Source of the DNA: Spirochaetia bacterium
Lineage (GTDB): Bacteria; Spirochaetota; Spirochaetia; UBA9216
Assembly: GCA_963675665.1 (NCBI GenBank)
Contig: OY776510.1
Coordinates: 3,072,001 to 3,136,000, forward strand
Direction of reading: 5' to 3'
DNA length: 64,000 nucleotides
Positions 29,068-39,437 of the stretch are shown piece by piece. Position 1 is the first letter of the stretch. Each line of letters opens with the position of its first letter. The translations under genes and the position numbers were made by a program. Below the pieces are notes generated by a model. The model searched no databases and had not been told where the DNA came from. It worked only from the letters and a program-made list of their open reading frames with translations.

Positions 29068-31077
29068 GTGAAGAAAGTTAAACTGATAATTGGTACTGTA
29101 AACAGCTGTTCTGTATCAATAGGCACAGATAAGCTCGAAGAAATATATGAAAGCTCATATAAGCCCTTCCTGCGGACTGTGCACAAGAACAGCCTTCCGG
29201 TAACATTTTATTACAGCGGAGAGCTGCTGTCCTGGTTGATTGATAATCATGACGGTATTCAAATGCTGTTCAATGACATTATAAAAAGCCGCAAAATTGA
29301 AATACTTGGGGGAGGGTTTTACTCTCCTCTGTTTTCACTAATCCCGAGAAAGGATCGGGTTGGTCAGATAGAAATGATGACAACGGAGATCCGGAAAAGA
29401 TTCGGCCGCAGACCACGCGGTATGTGGATTACCGAAAAGGTATGGGAGCCGTCCATGCCTATGACAATGAATTATGCCGGGATGGAATTTTCATTTATAG
29501 ACGAAGAATTTTTTGAAGATGCAGGTTTATATAACGGAGAGTTATACAGGCCGTGCGTAACCGAAGATCAGGGGAAAAAAGTCATACTTTTTCCGGTTTC
29601 AAACAGGCTTATAAGTCAGTTTATGCTTGATAAACCCGAGGAAGTACTGGAACAGATAATCGGGTGCGGTTCAGAGAAAGAAGAACGTATTATTACAATG
29701 ATGATTCCCGGAGAAGATCTTGATTACAATAACGGCGCCGGAGTAAAGATTGAAAAATTCTTCAATCTGATAGAAAAAAACAAAAAGCATATAGACGTTG
29801 TTCTGCCGGGTAAAATTGTGCGTGAACTTGGTTGTATGAAAAAAGTATATTTCGGTTGTGTTTCTCCCGGAGAAATAGGCAGGTGGAGCGGGCCGGTTTT
29901 CAGGGAAAAGATAGAATCCAACGGCACAGAATTGAACAACCAGATAGCAAAAGGGCGGGCTGTAAACAACCAGAGTTTTTTTAGACATTTTCTGTCAAAA
30001 TATCCTGAAAGTAATTACCTGTATACCCGTATGCTGGATATTCATAAACTTATTGCACAGATGCGCGGGGATCGTCAAAGAAAAAAAACTGCTGAATGTG
30101 AATTGTATAAAAGCCAGAACCATTCAGCATTCTGGCACGGCGGAGGAAGCCCGGGAATTTATTCATTTGAGTCAAGAAGCAAGGCGTATGCAAGTCTTAT
30201 AGAAGCTGAAAAGCTGACACGCGAACGAACCGGGTTCAGATCTTCTCTGCAGAAAGATGATTTTGATCTTGACGGTCTAGATGAATTCATCTACCGGGGG
30301 TTAAGTCTTAATATAAATTTGCATCGCAAAGGCGGCGTAATATTTGAACTGGATTATTTCAGAACGCCGCATAATTATCTGTCTACAATGGCACGTCACA
30401 GGGAATGGTACCATACAGAAGGAGTGTATGATAAATATACCCGGAATGCTTTTATAGATCATTTCTTTCAAAGAGACGTCGCAATTGAAAATTTCTTCGA
30501 TATGAGTTACAGGGAAACAGGAGATTTTGTTTCCGGAATATATGATGTCGAAAAATATAACCGTGAGCGCAGAATTGTTAATTTCATAAGAAACGGAAGC
30601 GTTATAACGAAGAAAAACAAATTTGCCGTTCAGTTAAAGAAGAATTACAGTTTTAAACGTAATACCGTTATCATCGATTATGAAATAATAAACAAATCAG
30701 ATGCAGTACTTAATACTTCTTTCGGAACGGAATTGAACCTGGCTCTAAGTTCTGAAAAGGGAAGGCAGATAGAGATAACCCTGTTTAAAAATGAAGAAAA
30801 AACTTCACCGGACAGCGACTGTTTCGCGGCAGAACGAAAAACAAAGATGCTGGTTAAGGACAACAGCCGGAAGGCAAATATTATATTCAACAGCGATCTT
30901 GATTTTGACGTTTGGGGCTTTCCTGTTTATACAAAAACCGGAACAGGTAAAGTTGTAGAAGAACTTTACCAGGCCGACTGTTTTATGCCTTTCTGGTTTA
31001 TATCGCTTGGACCGGGAAAATGCTGGAAGAATCAGCTGCAATTAAGGATTGATCGAAGATCCAGAGGTTCCGATTAA
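29068..31077 (+). CDS. GH57 alpha-amylase/4-alpha-glucanotransferase-like protein (DUF1925/DUF1926), degenerate motifs
   Basis: EILGGGFYSP, PRGMWITEKVWEP, FLSKYPESN, DFDLDGLDE. Confidence 0.8.
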   Translation: MKKVKLIIGTVNSCSVSIGTDKLEEIYESSYKPFLRTVHKNSLPVTFYYSGELLSWLIDNHDGIQMLFNDIIKSRKIEILGGGFYSPLFSLIPRKDRVGQIEMMTTEIRKRFGRRPRGMWITEKVWEPSMPMTMNYAGMEFSFIDEEFFEDAGLYNGELYRPCVTEDQGKKVILFPVSNRLISQFMLDKPEEVLEQIIGCGSEKEERIITMMIPGEDLDYNNGAGVKIEKFFNLIEKNKKHIDVVLPGKIVRELGCMKKVYFGCVSPGEIGRWSGPVFREKIESNGTELNNQIAKGRAVNNQSFFRHFLSKYPESNYLYTRMLDIHKLIAQMRGDRQRKKTAECELYKSQNHSAFWHGGGSPGIYSFESRSKAYASLIEAEKLTRERTGFRSSLQKDDFDLDGLDEFIYRGLSLNINLHRKGGVIFELDYFRTPHNYLSTMARHREWYHTEGVYDKYTRNAFIDHFFQRDVAIENFFDMSYRETGDFVSGIYDVEKYNRERRIVNFIRNGSVITKKNKFAVQLKKNYSFKRNTVIIDYEIINKSDAVLNTSFGTELNLALSSEKGRQIEITLFKNEEKTSPDSDCFAAERKTKMLVKDNSRKANIIFNSDLDFDVWGFPVYTKTGTGKVVEELYQADCFMPFWFISLGPGKCWKNQLQLRIDRRSRGSD

Positions 31078-32318
31078 TTTTTAAGTCTGAGCTTCCTGAA
31101 AAGATTTTCAATCCAGGGACGAGAAGCCATATAGAAATATTCTTCGGCAAAAAGGAATTCAGTAAAAGAATTATTGTACTCACCAAGGAAATAGTAAATC
31201 TGTCCAAGATAAAAATGTACAGATGCTTCCAGTTCACGATTACGTTTGATTTTCTGGTATTCCTGCAGTTTAACCATGGCTGATTCAAAATTACCAGTTA
31301 TAAAATCAGTATTGAGTATTTCAGTCAACATGGCGCGTTCGCTGCCGGCTTCAGGTGATTTATCCTGTTTAAGAATTACAGGCTCAAGCGGGTGCAAGGC
31401 TACAGGTTTTGTATTCTTTAAAATAGCGGCAATACTCTTCTCGGTTTCAGATGATACATCTTTTAGATCGGGTATGGTATAAATAACTGATGATGAAAGC
31501 TGGCGGCCGCTTTGATAACCGCGGGAGATAGAAAGATACGGAAGAGGTTTTGGGCGGGAAGACGGCTTTTCAGGAAGACCGATACGATCAGTTGAAGTTA
31601 ATTCAAGTTCAACCGGAACAATTGTAATATTTTCTCCTGCTTTAAAGATATAACTGCCGGTTTTTATCAGATTGGAATCAATAATACCGTAATAGTAACC
31701 GATTCCCGGAACGGGATAATCAGTAAAAGATGTTTTTGAACCCGGCAATGTTGCAATAAGATTGGCATTAAGAATATCATCCTGATCTTCTATAGGCTCA
31801 GTATTTCTGTAAATAAATAATTCTGACGATGGTTTGCTGCATTTAAATGAGAGTTCAACTGATTCCTTGCCGGCCCATGCTTTTATTCCGGTAATAAGAG
31901 CTGGAGTGTCATCCTTGGTTTTTTCCGTTATATAGGACGGTTTGCTTGAAATGTTTCTGAAAGGGATGAACACTTCATGCAGAAGAGAATCCTTGTCCTC
32001 CATGAAAACAGCATAATAATAATTCGTATGCGTATACGGCGGAAAATCCTCGTAAAATTCCACACCCTGTGGAATACGGGCTACCTTGACGGCCTCGGAG
32101 AGGTTCTGTTCATTTATAATATTGGTATGTCTGTAAATGATGCAGTTTCCTTCAACATCTGCAGTGTCTTTCCAGCTGATTTTAACACTGTTTTTAAGCG
32201 ATTCAATTTTTATCCTGGAGACAAAAGGAGTAAAGATACTGTTGGCCTGCGAAAACAGCATTGATGATACCAGTGAAAAACAAAGAATGATAAAAATAAA
32301 AAAAAGAGTTCTCTTCAT
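31074..32318 (-). CDS. Exported hypothetical protein with Fn3-like repeats and C-terminal TPR
   Basis: Signal peptide; two IYR...D.P....YYY repeats; HFYLGQIYYF. Confidence 0.7.
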   Translation of the reverse strand: MKRTLFFIFIILCFSLVSSMLFSQANSIFTPFVSRIKIESLKNSVKISWKDTADVEGNCIIYRHTNIINEQNLSEAVKVARIPQGVEFYEDFPPYTHTNYYYAVFMEDKDSLLHEVFIPFRNISSKPSYITEKTKDDTPALITGIKAWAGKESVELSFKCSKPSSELFIYRNTEPIEDQDDILNANLIATLPGSKTSFTDYPVPGIGYYYGIIDSNLIKTGSYIFKAGENITIVPVELELTSTDRIGLPEKPSSRPKPLPYLSISRGYQSGRQLSSSVIYTIPDLKDVSSETEKSIAAILKNTKPVALHPLEPVILKQDKSPEAGSERAMLTEILNTDFITGNFESAMVKLQEYQKIKRNRELEASVHFYLGQIYYFLGEYNNSFTEFLFAEEYFYMASRPWIENLFRKLRLKN

Positions 32319-32390
32319 ATCTTATATTATAATCGGCTTAATTAGTTATAAAAACACTAAATTTACATGTTTTTGTAATGCTTTCGGGGT

Positions 32391-32419
32391 TTGACATAAA
32401 AAAAATTACTTTCTAAACT
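32391..32419 (+). promoter_or_regulatory. Sigma70 promoter, probably leaderless, for cas2-like/prfB operon
   Basis: TTGACA-17-TAAACT-6-ATG(32426), no SD. Confidence 0.7.
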
Positions 32420-32425
32420 GTGCAT

Positions 32426-32698
32426 ATGTTTGTAGCAGTTGTTTGCGATATTGCAGATGCCGGTCACAGGGACATGGTTATAGATTATCTGAGGCGGTAC
32501 GGTTTTAAGCAGGCCGTTGAAAACACATTTGAATCAACTTCCATCAGTGAGAAAGCCTTAATACGTTTAAAGCGGGATATAGACAAATCGACAGATTTTT
32601 ATGATAAAATAAGGTTTTACCAGTATCCTTTTGAAGGAACATTGGTTATTTCGTATCTGAATGAAAAGAAGTGGAAGAAATCAGTCATCAGAACATAA
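32426..32698 (+). CDS. Orphan Cas2-like (ferredoxin-fold) protein
   Basis: MFVAVVCDIAD...LRRYGF....NTFE...DKIRFY matches the Cas2 pattern YDI..R..L..YG..Q.SVFE..D.IRIY; 90 aa. Confidence 0.65.
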   Translation: MFVAVVCDIADAGHRDMVIDYLRRYGFKQAVENTFESTSISEKALIRLKRDIDKSTDFYDKIRFYQYPFEGTLVISYLNEKKWKKSVIRT

Positions 32699-32707
32699 GG
32701 AGAAATT

Positions 32708-33812
32708 ATGCTGCAGGAAATTGAACAGCGAATAGTTGAAATAGAAAAGAAGATCCTCGAAACATGGAGGCGTCTTTGACCCTGATAAGCTGAAAACCCG
32801 AATCACCGAGTATGAAAAAAAGACAGCGGAAGAATCATTCTGGAACGACAGGGAAAATGCTGAAAAGACGCTTGGACAGCTGAAAATATTGAAAGGAAGG
32901 CTTGAACCCTGGCAGGAAATAAAGAATGAAATAGAAGATACCAAAGAACTTTATAGCCTTGCTGTAGAAGAAAATGACCAGTCAATCGAGTCAGAGCTTA
33001 CCGAAAGTCTTGATAAAATAGAAAAAGAATTCGAACGGCTGGAGGTTCTTGAACTTTTGGGCAGCAAGTTTGATACAAACAATGCCTTTATTACAATTCA
33101 CTCCGGCGCCGGAGGTACTGAAGCCTGCGATTGGGTGAATATGCTGTACCGCATGTATTCGCGCTGGATAGAGCGTGAAAACTTAAAATTTCAGCTTCTC
33201 GACATGCTTGAAGCCGAAGGCGGAATAAAATCGGTAACAATGCAGGTGAACGGTGAATATGCGCACGGCTATCTGAAGGGGGAATCAGGGGTGCACAGGC
33301 TTGTCAGGATATCACCTTTTGATTCAAGTTCAAGACGTCATACATCATTTGCATCCGTATATGTTTCTCCTGTAATCGAAGATGATATCGAGGTGGATAT
33401 TAGGCCTGAAGATATACGAATAGATACCTACAGGGCTTCCGGGGCAGGCGGGCAGCATGTTAATAAAACCGACTCGGCAGTGCGGATAACACACCTGGCG
33501 ACAGGTCTTGTTGTTCAATGTCAGAATGAACGGAGCCAGCATAAAAATAAGGCAAACGCCATGAAAGTGCTGAAGTCACGATTATATGAATATTACCAGG
33601 CCGAGAAAGAGAAGGAACAGGAGCAACACGCACAGGAAAAAAAAGACATATCCTGGGGCAATCAGATTCGCTCATATGTTTTTCATCCTTACAATATGGT
33701 CAAAGATCATAGAACAAAATGTGAAACAGGAAATATTCAGGCCGTAATGGACGGAGATCTTGAAAAATTTATTGAGGAATTCCTTAAATGGAATCGGACG
33801 GCGGGCAAGTGA
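32708..33812 (+). CDS. prfB: Peptide chain release factor 2 with programmed +1 frameshift
   Basis: SPF and GGQ motifs; short first frame from ATG 32708 ends in GGAGG-CGT-CTT-TGA-C. Confidence 0.97.
32766..32780 (+). other. prfB +1 ribosomal frameshift site
   Basis: Internal SD ggagg, then CTT TGA C (32774-32780); GAC at 32778 is in frame with the long ORF. Confidence 0.95.
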
Positions 33813-34195
33813 AAGCGACAGGCAGATTTCCGGGGGTATTGATTGTAGATGATCTTCAGTTTATGCGGACGGCTATCAGGGAAATCCTTCAGAATGAAGG
33901 AATCACTGTAGCAGGTGAAGCTGAAAACGGCAGAAAATGTCTGGAATTCTATTACAGACATCCCGTAGAACTTGTATTGCTTGATATCACAATGCCTGTA
34001 ATGAACGGTATTGAAGCGCTCGGAAAACTGAAGAGGATTGATCCGGATGTCAGGGTTGTTATGTGTTCGGCAATGGGGCAGGACAAGTACATAATACGAT
34101 CAATTCAACTCGGAGCTATTGATTTTATTGTTAAACCGTTCAAGGCGGAAAGGATTGTATCGGCAGTAAGAAAGGCAATTAATTTTAATGATTGA
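33809..34195 (+). CDS. Single-domain response regulator, CheY-like
   Basis: LIVDD, LLDITMPVMNG, CSAMGQ, FIVKPF; GTG start overlaps prfB stop. Confidence 0.88.
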   Translation: MKATGRFPGVLIVDDLQFMRTAIREILQNEGITVAGEAENGRKCLEFYYRHPVELVLLDITMPVMNGIEALGKLKRIDPDVRVVMCSAMGQDKYIIRSIQLGAIDFIVKPFKAERIVSAVRKAINFND

Positions 34196-35627
34196 ATATT
34201 CAAAAAAATTATGTTTATCAATCCTGATTATTTTATTTGCTGCATTACATATAAATGCGGATAATGAAATAAAGGCAACCGCAGCTGTTTGCCGGTTTGA
34301 GGATAAAAGCAGTGAAGAGAGTAATCTGGCATACGGTATAGCGATAAGCTTTTATGAAGCTCTGAAATCTGTTGGGGAACACAGGGTCGGCAACAAGGAA
34401 ATAAAAGCTATACTTGCCAAAAGCAATAAAGAAGAGATAACAAAAAAAACAACCGAGCTTGAAAAGCTGTATGAAGAACGCGACAGTTTGTTGTTCAGTT
34501 ATTCGCCAAATCAGCTTGCCCTGAAGATCGAGCAAAAAGATGAGCAGATAGAAAAAAAGAAAAGTGAGCTGCAGGAATTGAATGATTCTTTATCTGAAAT
34601 TGAAACCAACGTTGATGTTGATTTTTATTCAATAATTCCGGTTGAATTAAAGAAAAATGAGGACAGTTTCATATTTAACATGAATCCGGGGCCTGTTTCG
34701 GAAACAGCTGAAAAAAACGATCTCGATTTTATTGTTTATGGCTCTATAGAGGATTCAGGGCAGTACAGGTTGGTTGAAGTAAGGGTATGGAATAACCTGC
34801 TGAATGAGGATATTGAGGTTTGGCAAACGGCAGTGAGTTCGGATGAAGTCAGCAGTCTGATTGCTCCCGGTATAAAGGCCGTTAAAACAGCTGTCCTCGG
34901 ACGGGACTGGTCAGAGCTTACGGTGAAGGCTCCTGTAAACAGTATGATTTATATCGATGATGTATTTTCAGGAATTGGAAGTGTTAACGCGTTGATACTT
35001 GATCCCGGGGCGCGGACTGTGACTGTAAAGGAGCGAAACAGCGAAACGTTTGAGCAGGTTATAAATCTTGAAAAATATGAGCTGAAAGAAATTAATGTGG
35101 ACCTTGTAAAGATGAAGACACGGACACTGGTAATACAGACTTTCCCGCAGGCTGCAGATATATATATCGATTCTGAATGGAAGGGGACAAGCCCGTTAAA
35201 ATTTGAAGTACCGGGGTTTCCGACTTCAGTCATGATAAAGAAGGACGGTTTTGAACAACAAAATTTCTTTATCAGGGAAGATTCGGAAAGCATGATTGAT
35301 ATTATTTTAAAGCCTGATGTGAGTGAACGAGAGGAATATGTTCCTGATAAACGAAAGAGATTTTACTCAAGTCTTGGAGCAGGTATTTTGTCAATTCCGT
35401 TTACAGCATTGTTTTACAGCATGGTTGAGCAGAGCGGAGAAGCGTATTATCGGGAATACAATACTAACGGACTGAACAATACTGATGAGCTGCAGCGTTT
35501 ACAGAATGCCAATATGGCTCAATACAGTTTCTATCTTATTTCTTTGGGGCTGAATATTTTTCTTTTTACGGATACAATAATACAGGCCGTTGATTATGTC
35601 GGCAGTGTTGAATATTTCAGCGAATAA
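34188..35627 (+). CDS. PEGA-domain exported/membrane protein with coiled coil
   Basis: IQTFPQAADIYIDSEWKGTSPL...KDGFE; C-terminal hydrophobic segments. Confidence 0.75.
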   Translation: MIEYSKKLCLSILIILFAALHINADNEIKATAAVCRFEDKSSEESNLAYGIAISFYEALKSVGEHRVGNKEIKAILAKSNKEEITKKTTELEKLYEERDSLLFSYSPNQLALKIEQKDEQIEKKKSELQELNDSLSEIETNVDVDFYSIIPVELKKNEDSFIFNMNPGPVSETAEKNDLDFIVYGSIEDSGQYRLVEVRVWNNLLNEDIEVWQTAVSSDEVSSLIAPGIKAVKTAVLGRDWSELTVKAPVNSMIYIDDVFSGIGSVNALILDPGARTVTVKERNSETFEQVINLEKYELKEINVDLVKMKTRTLVIQTFPQAADIYIDSEWKGTSPLKFEVPGFPTSVMIKKDGFEQQNFFIREDSESMIDIILKPDVSEREEYVPDKRKRFYSSLGAGILSIPFTALFYSMVEQSGEAYYREYNTNGLNNTDELQRLQNANMAQYSFYLISLGLNIFLFTDTIIQAVDYVGSVEYFSE

Positions 35628-35647
35628 TATTTTAACAGGAGCAGCAG

Positions 35648-36517
35648 GTGGCTAAACCAGGAATTGGTGAAAGACTTAAAAATTTATTTACAAAATCCGG
35701 TACCGATGAAGATTTTTATGAAGATTTTGAAGATATGCTTATTGAAGGCGACATCGGAGCTTCAGCTGCAATGGAAATAAGTGATCAGCTTAAAGAGCAT
35801 CTGGGCAGAAAAGCTCCTTCCAACAGGCAGGTCGTAAGTGATGAATTAAAAAAAATAATCGGCGGTATGGTTAAAAACGCGGATCCGGCTGTTGATCCTG
35901 AAAAAACCACAATACTTATGGTTCTCGGAGTCAACGGTGTGGGCAAGACAACTACTATAGCAAAAATTGCCGATTACTACAGAAAAGAATACGGAATTGA
36001 GCCGATTTTAAGCGCTGGAGATACCTTCCGGGCAGCGGCAATCGATCAGCTGAAACTGCATGGAGAGAGGTTGGGGTTGAAGGTAATACACCAGCAGCCC
36101 GGGTCCGATCCTGGAGCTGTGATATACGACAGTATTGAAAGCGCAAAGGCGCATGGTTCCCGGATGATTATTGCAGATACAGCCGGAAGAATGCATAACA
36201 AGGCTAATCTTGTAAAAGAGCTTCAGAAAATTGATAAAATTATAAGTTCAAAAGCTGCAGATGCAGAGTACCGTAAAATTCTGATTATCGATGCAACTAC
36301 CGGGCAAAACGGATTCAGGCAGGCTGAATTATTTAATGAAGCAGTCGGAATAGACCAGATTATTCTGACCAAATACGATTCAAGTGCCAAGGGCGGAATT
36401 GCAGTCTCTATCTGTTCAAAATTAGGTCTTCGGTTCTCGTTTATCGGAACCGGCGAAAAATATTCGGATATCCGGATTTTTGATATTGATGATTATATCG
36501 AAAAATTATTGAGCTGA
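35648..36517 (+). CDS. ftsY: SRP receptor FtsY
   Basis: GVNGVGKTTT, DTFRAAA, DTAGR, TKYDSSAKGG. Confidence 0.96.
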   Translation: MAKPGIGERLKNLFTKSGTDEDFYEDFEDMLIEGDIGASAAMEISDQLKEHLGRKAPSNRQVVSDELKKIIGGMVKNADPAVDPEKTTILMVLGVNGVGKTTTIAKIADYYRKEYGIEPILSAGDTFRAAAIDQLKLHGERLGLKVIHQQPGSDPGAVIYDSIESAKAHGSRMIIADTAGRMHNKANLVKELQKIDKIISSKAADAEYRKILIIDATTGQNGFRQAELFNEAVGIDQIILTKYDSSAKGGIAVSICSKLGLRFSFIGTGEKYSDIRIFDIDDYIEKLLS

Positions 36518-37548
36518 TGAAACGCATTTTAATTACCATTCTTGTATTTTTTTCTTCAGTCTTGATATATTCTGATGAGTATTACAGATCGAATATACTT
36601 GGAATGAAACTGGAGCAGATAGACAACCCGCAGGATATAGTCGACGACTGGCTTCTTACAATAAGTTACAGGAACGGAATAGAGAGCAGAATATTATATA
36701 ATGGTGCGGAGACAGTTTCAGTAATGGAAATTGAGCAAAAGGACGGCTGGGTAATTGAAACAACCAGGAGCGGAGAAAAAACTGAAATAATCACAAGGGA
36801 AAACGGCATTATTATTTCGGAGGAAACCTTTGAAAACGGAGTATTGCCTGAAAAAAATACATATGTATACAAAAATGGAAGACTGCAGTATACAGAGCAT
36901 TATTCAGGCGATGAAAAAACCTATACTGATAAATATAAATATACAAAAGAAGGGCGACTTCTTGATGTTAACAGGGAATACAACAGCAGGGCTGATAATA
37001 TAATTGTGTCTTTTATGTTTAATGACGGAAGAATCGAAAGTAATCTTTATACATCGGGGAAAAGGAACAATTATATAATTTTTGACAAAAACGGTATTGT
37101 TCTGAGCGAAAGTTATGGCGATACCTCGAATGAAACAAGAGAATACGGGACTCTGGAAAACGGACTCAGATTTGAAAAGGTCAGCAACAGTGATAATAAG
37201 GAAATTACTACTTTAATCTTTGACGAAGAAGACCGAATTATTTCAAATGAAGTCAGGTCGGAAAACGGAATTCTCAAAGAAAAAACTGAGTGGTTCTATG
37301 AATCTGACAGCATAAAGAAGATAAAAAAGAAAAAAGAACTTTTACTTGAAGTAATTGATTTCAGCTACGACAGGGACGGGATGTTGATTGAAGAGCGTTA
37401 TACAAGAAACGGAAATATTATGCAGGTCCGGGAATTTGATTCGGAGCTTGATTATACTGAAGAATTATACCGGAACGGATTGCCGGTATTAATAATAACC
37501 TATAAAAACGGTACAAGAATAAAAACAGAACAAATCCGGGACTATTAA
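36517..37548 (+). CDS. Exported hypothetical beta-hairpin-repeat protein
   Basis: Signal peptide; repeated Y.Y..G.L motifs; coupled to ftsY and the next gene. Confidence 0.65.
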   Translation: MKRILITILVFFSSVLIYSDEYYRSNILGMKLEQIDNPQDIVDDWLLTISYRNGIESRILYNGAETVSVMEIEQKDGWVIETTRSGEKTEIITRENGIIISEETFENGVLPEKNTYVYKNGRLQYTEHYSGDEKTYTDKYKYTKEGRLLDVNREYNSRADNIIVSFMFNDGRIESNLYTSGKRNNYIIFDKNGIVLSESYGDTSNETREYGTLENGLRFEKVSNSDNKEITTLIFDEEDRIISNEVRSENGILKEKTEWFYESDSIKKIKKKKELLLEVIDFSYDRDGMLIEERYTRNGNIMQVREFDSELDYTEELYRNGLPVLIITYKNGTRIKTEQIRDY

Positions 37549-38748
37549 ATGTTTAAAGAATGGGTTTTTTTTATTTCATCGCGATATATCAGGGCGGACC
37601 GCAGGGGACGAAAAATATCTCCGGGAATACTCTCTGCTGCCGGAATTGCTGTAGGCGTTATGGCCCTGATATCTGTTATTTCCGTGATGAACGGATTTCA
37701 GATGGGTTTTATTGAAGATATACTTGAAATCTCGTCGTACCATTTGAGAATAGAAAGCAGTGATGAAAAAACAGAATCGGAAATTCGGAATATAAAAGGT
37801 ATCAGAAGCGTAATGTCGTTTTATGAAACCAAGACATTATTAAACAGCCCGTATAATATTGAACCATGTCTTGTCAAGGGAATTCCTGCTCTGGCAGAAA
37901 AGCTGGATCCTGAGTTCTTCAACCAGTTGAATATAGTCAGGGGAAGTTTTGAACCGGAAATATCCGAAAGTGTTGTAATCGGAAGAATACTGGCTCTCAG
38001 GCTGGGAATTGATATAGGTGAGCAGGTTTCGGTAGTTGCTTTGAACGGAGGCACTTTTAACAAATTAAGTCCGGAAACAACAGATTTTACAGTAACCGGT
38101 ATTTTTCAATGCGGCTATACGGATTTCGATTCATCGATAATAATTATGTCTGATTATTCTTTGAAAAAAATAGATGAGGGAGCTGTTCCTGTTCTGGGGG
38201 TTAAACTTGAAAACCGTTTTAATGATGAAAAAACGGCAAAAACAATTATCGAACACACAGGACTTAACAGAGAAAATATTGTTTCATGGAGGAGCTACAA
38301 CAAAGCATTTTTCAGCGCTCTGCGGCTTGAAAAATCCGTGATGACGATAATGCTGGGTTTGATTTTTCTGGTTGTGTCGTTCGGAATATTTAACTCAACA
38401 AGAAGGACAATAGCAGAAAAGCAGGAAGAGGTGGGAATACTCAGAGCAATCGGCTCAACCCCGGTTCAGATCAGACAAATATTCGTAATCGACGGATTAA
38501 TAATAGGTATTTCAGGAGGGCTGGCCGGTACGATTGCAGGCATACTGGTGACCACCAATATTAATAAAATACTGAAAGTGTTGTCTTTGAACTCGGCCTC
38601 ATTCCTTATAAATGTGCCGGTACGAATTATGACCGGAGAAGTGCTTTTTATTCTTCTTTTTGCAGTGATTTTCTGTGTTGTTTCGGCCTATGCTGCATCT
38701 GCGAAAGTGTCAAATATAACACCGCAGGAAGTTTTGCGATACGAATAA
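37549..38748 (+). CDS. LolC/E-family ABC permease
   Basis: GIAVGVMALISVISVMNGF, EVGILRAIG, PQEVLRYE. Confidence 0.88.
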   Translation: MFKEWVFFISSRYIRADRRGRKISPGILSAAGIAVGVMALISVISVMNGFQMGFIEDILEISSYHLRIESSDEKTESEIRNIKGIRSVMSFYETKTLLNSPYNIEPCLVKGIPALAEKLDPEFFNQLNIVRGSFEPEISESVVIGRILALRLGIDIGEQVSVVALNGGTFNKLSPETTDFTVTGIFQCGYTDFDSSIIIMSDYSLKKIDEGAVPVLGVKLENRFNDEKTAKTIIEHTGLNRENIVSWRSYNKAFFSALRLEKSVMTIMLGLIFLVVSFGIFNSTRRTIAEKQEEVGILRAIGSTPVQIRQIFVIDGLIIGISGGLAGTIAGILVTTNINKILKVLSLNSASFLINVPVRIMTGEVLFILLFAVIFCVVSAYAASAKVSNITPQEVLRYE

Positions 38749-38762
38749 GAGCGGGAGACGTA

Positions 38763-39437
38763 ATGAAACTTTTAAAAGTCAAAGAAGTTAGCAAGAAATT
38801 CAGAACTGAAGCTGAAGAGCTTCTGATCCTGAAAAATATCAATCTTGAAATCGAGAATAATACTACAACCATAATAACCGGTGAAAGCGGTTGCGGAAAA
38901 AGCACTCTGCTGAATATCCTTGGAGGTCTCGATACGGCCGACGGCGGAAGTATTGAGGTAAACGGCAGTTTTCTTGAGAAAATGAATGAAAACAGGCTGT
39001 CTGAGTATCGCAAAAAGAAGATTGGCTTTATATTTCAGTTTCACTACCTGCTCAAGGATTTTACATGTGTAGAGAATGTTATGATGCCCTTCTATATGGC
39101 GGGAAACAGTAAAAAAGCGGCTGTAGAAAAGGCTGAATCCATTCTTGAAAGGGTGAAACTCGCTGATAGAATAAAACATTATCCTGCACAGCTTTCGGGA
39201 GGGGAACGTCAGCGGGCAGCGCTTGCAAGGGCATTAATTAATGACCCCGAAATAATCCTTGCTGATGAGCCTACGGGAAATCTTGATGAGGACAATTCAA
39301 GAGTTGTTGAAAATCTTCTTTTCGACATGGTGCATGATTTTGGTAAAACCCTGCTGCTGGTAACTCATGATCCGGAACTTGCAAACAGGGGAGATGAACA
39401 CTACCAATTGCATAAAGGGGAGCTACATCTCAGATGA
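38763..39437 (+). CDS. lolD: Lipoprotein-releasing ABC ATPase
   Basis: GESGCGKST, GFIFQFHYLL, LSGGERQR, ADEPTGNLD. Confidence 0.85.
   Translation: MKLLKVKEVSKKFRTEAEELLILKNINLEIENNTTTIITGESGCGKSTLLNILGGLDTADGGSIEVNGSFLEKMNENRLSEYRKKKIGFIFQFHYLLKDFTCVENVMMPFYMAGNSKKAAVEKAESILERVKLADRIKHYPAQLSGGERQRAALARALINDPEIILADEPTGNLDEDNSRVVENLLFDMVHDFGKTLLLVTHDPELANRGDEHYQLHKGELHLR

Noticed and set aside
32330-32337. Sigma28 promoter (GCCGATTA) for the 32318 gene
   Set aside because: No TAAA -35 at the right spacing; the overlapping TATAAT 7 nt from the ATG explains the site better.
32320-32710. CRISPR array near the Cas2-like gene
   Set aside because: No repeat-spacer pattern here or elsewhere in the window; flanks are a short divergent promoter region and prfB.
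32889-33812. prfB as a truncated gene or pseudogene
   Set aside because: Explained by the canonical programmed +1 frameshift.
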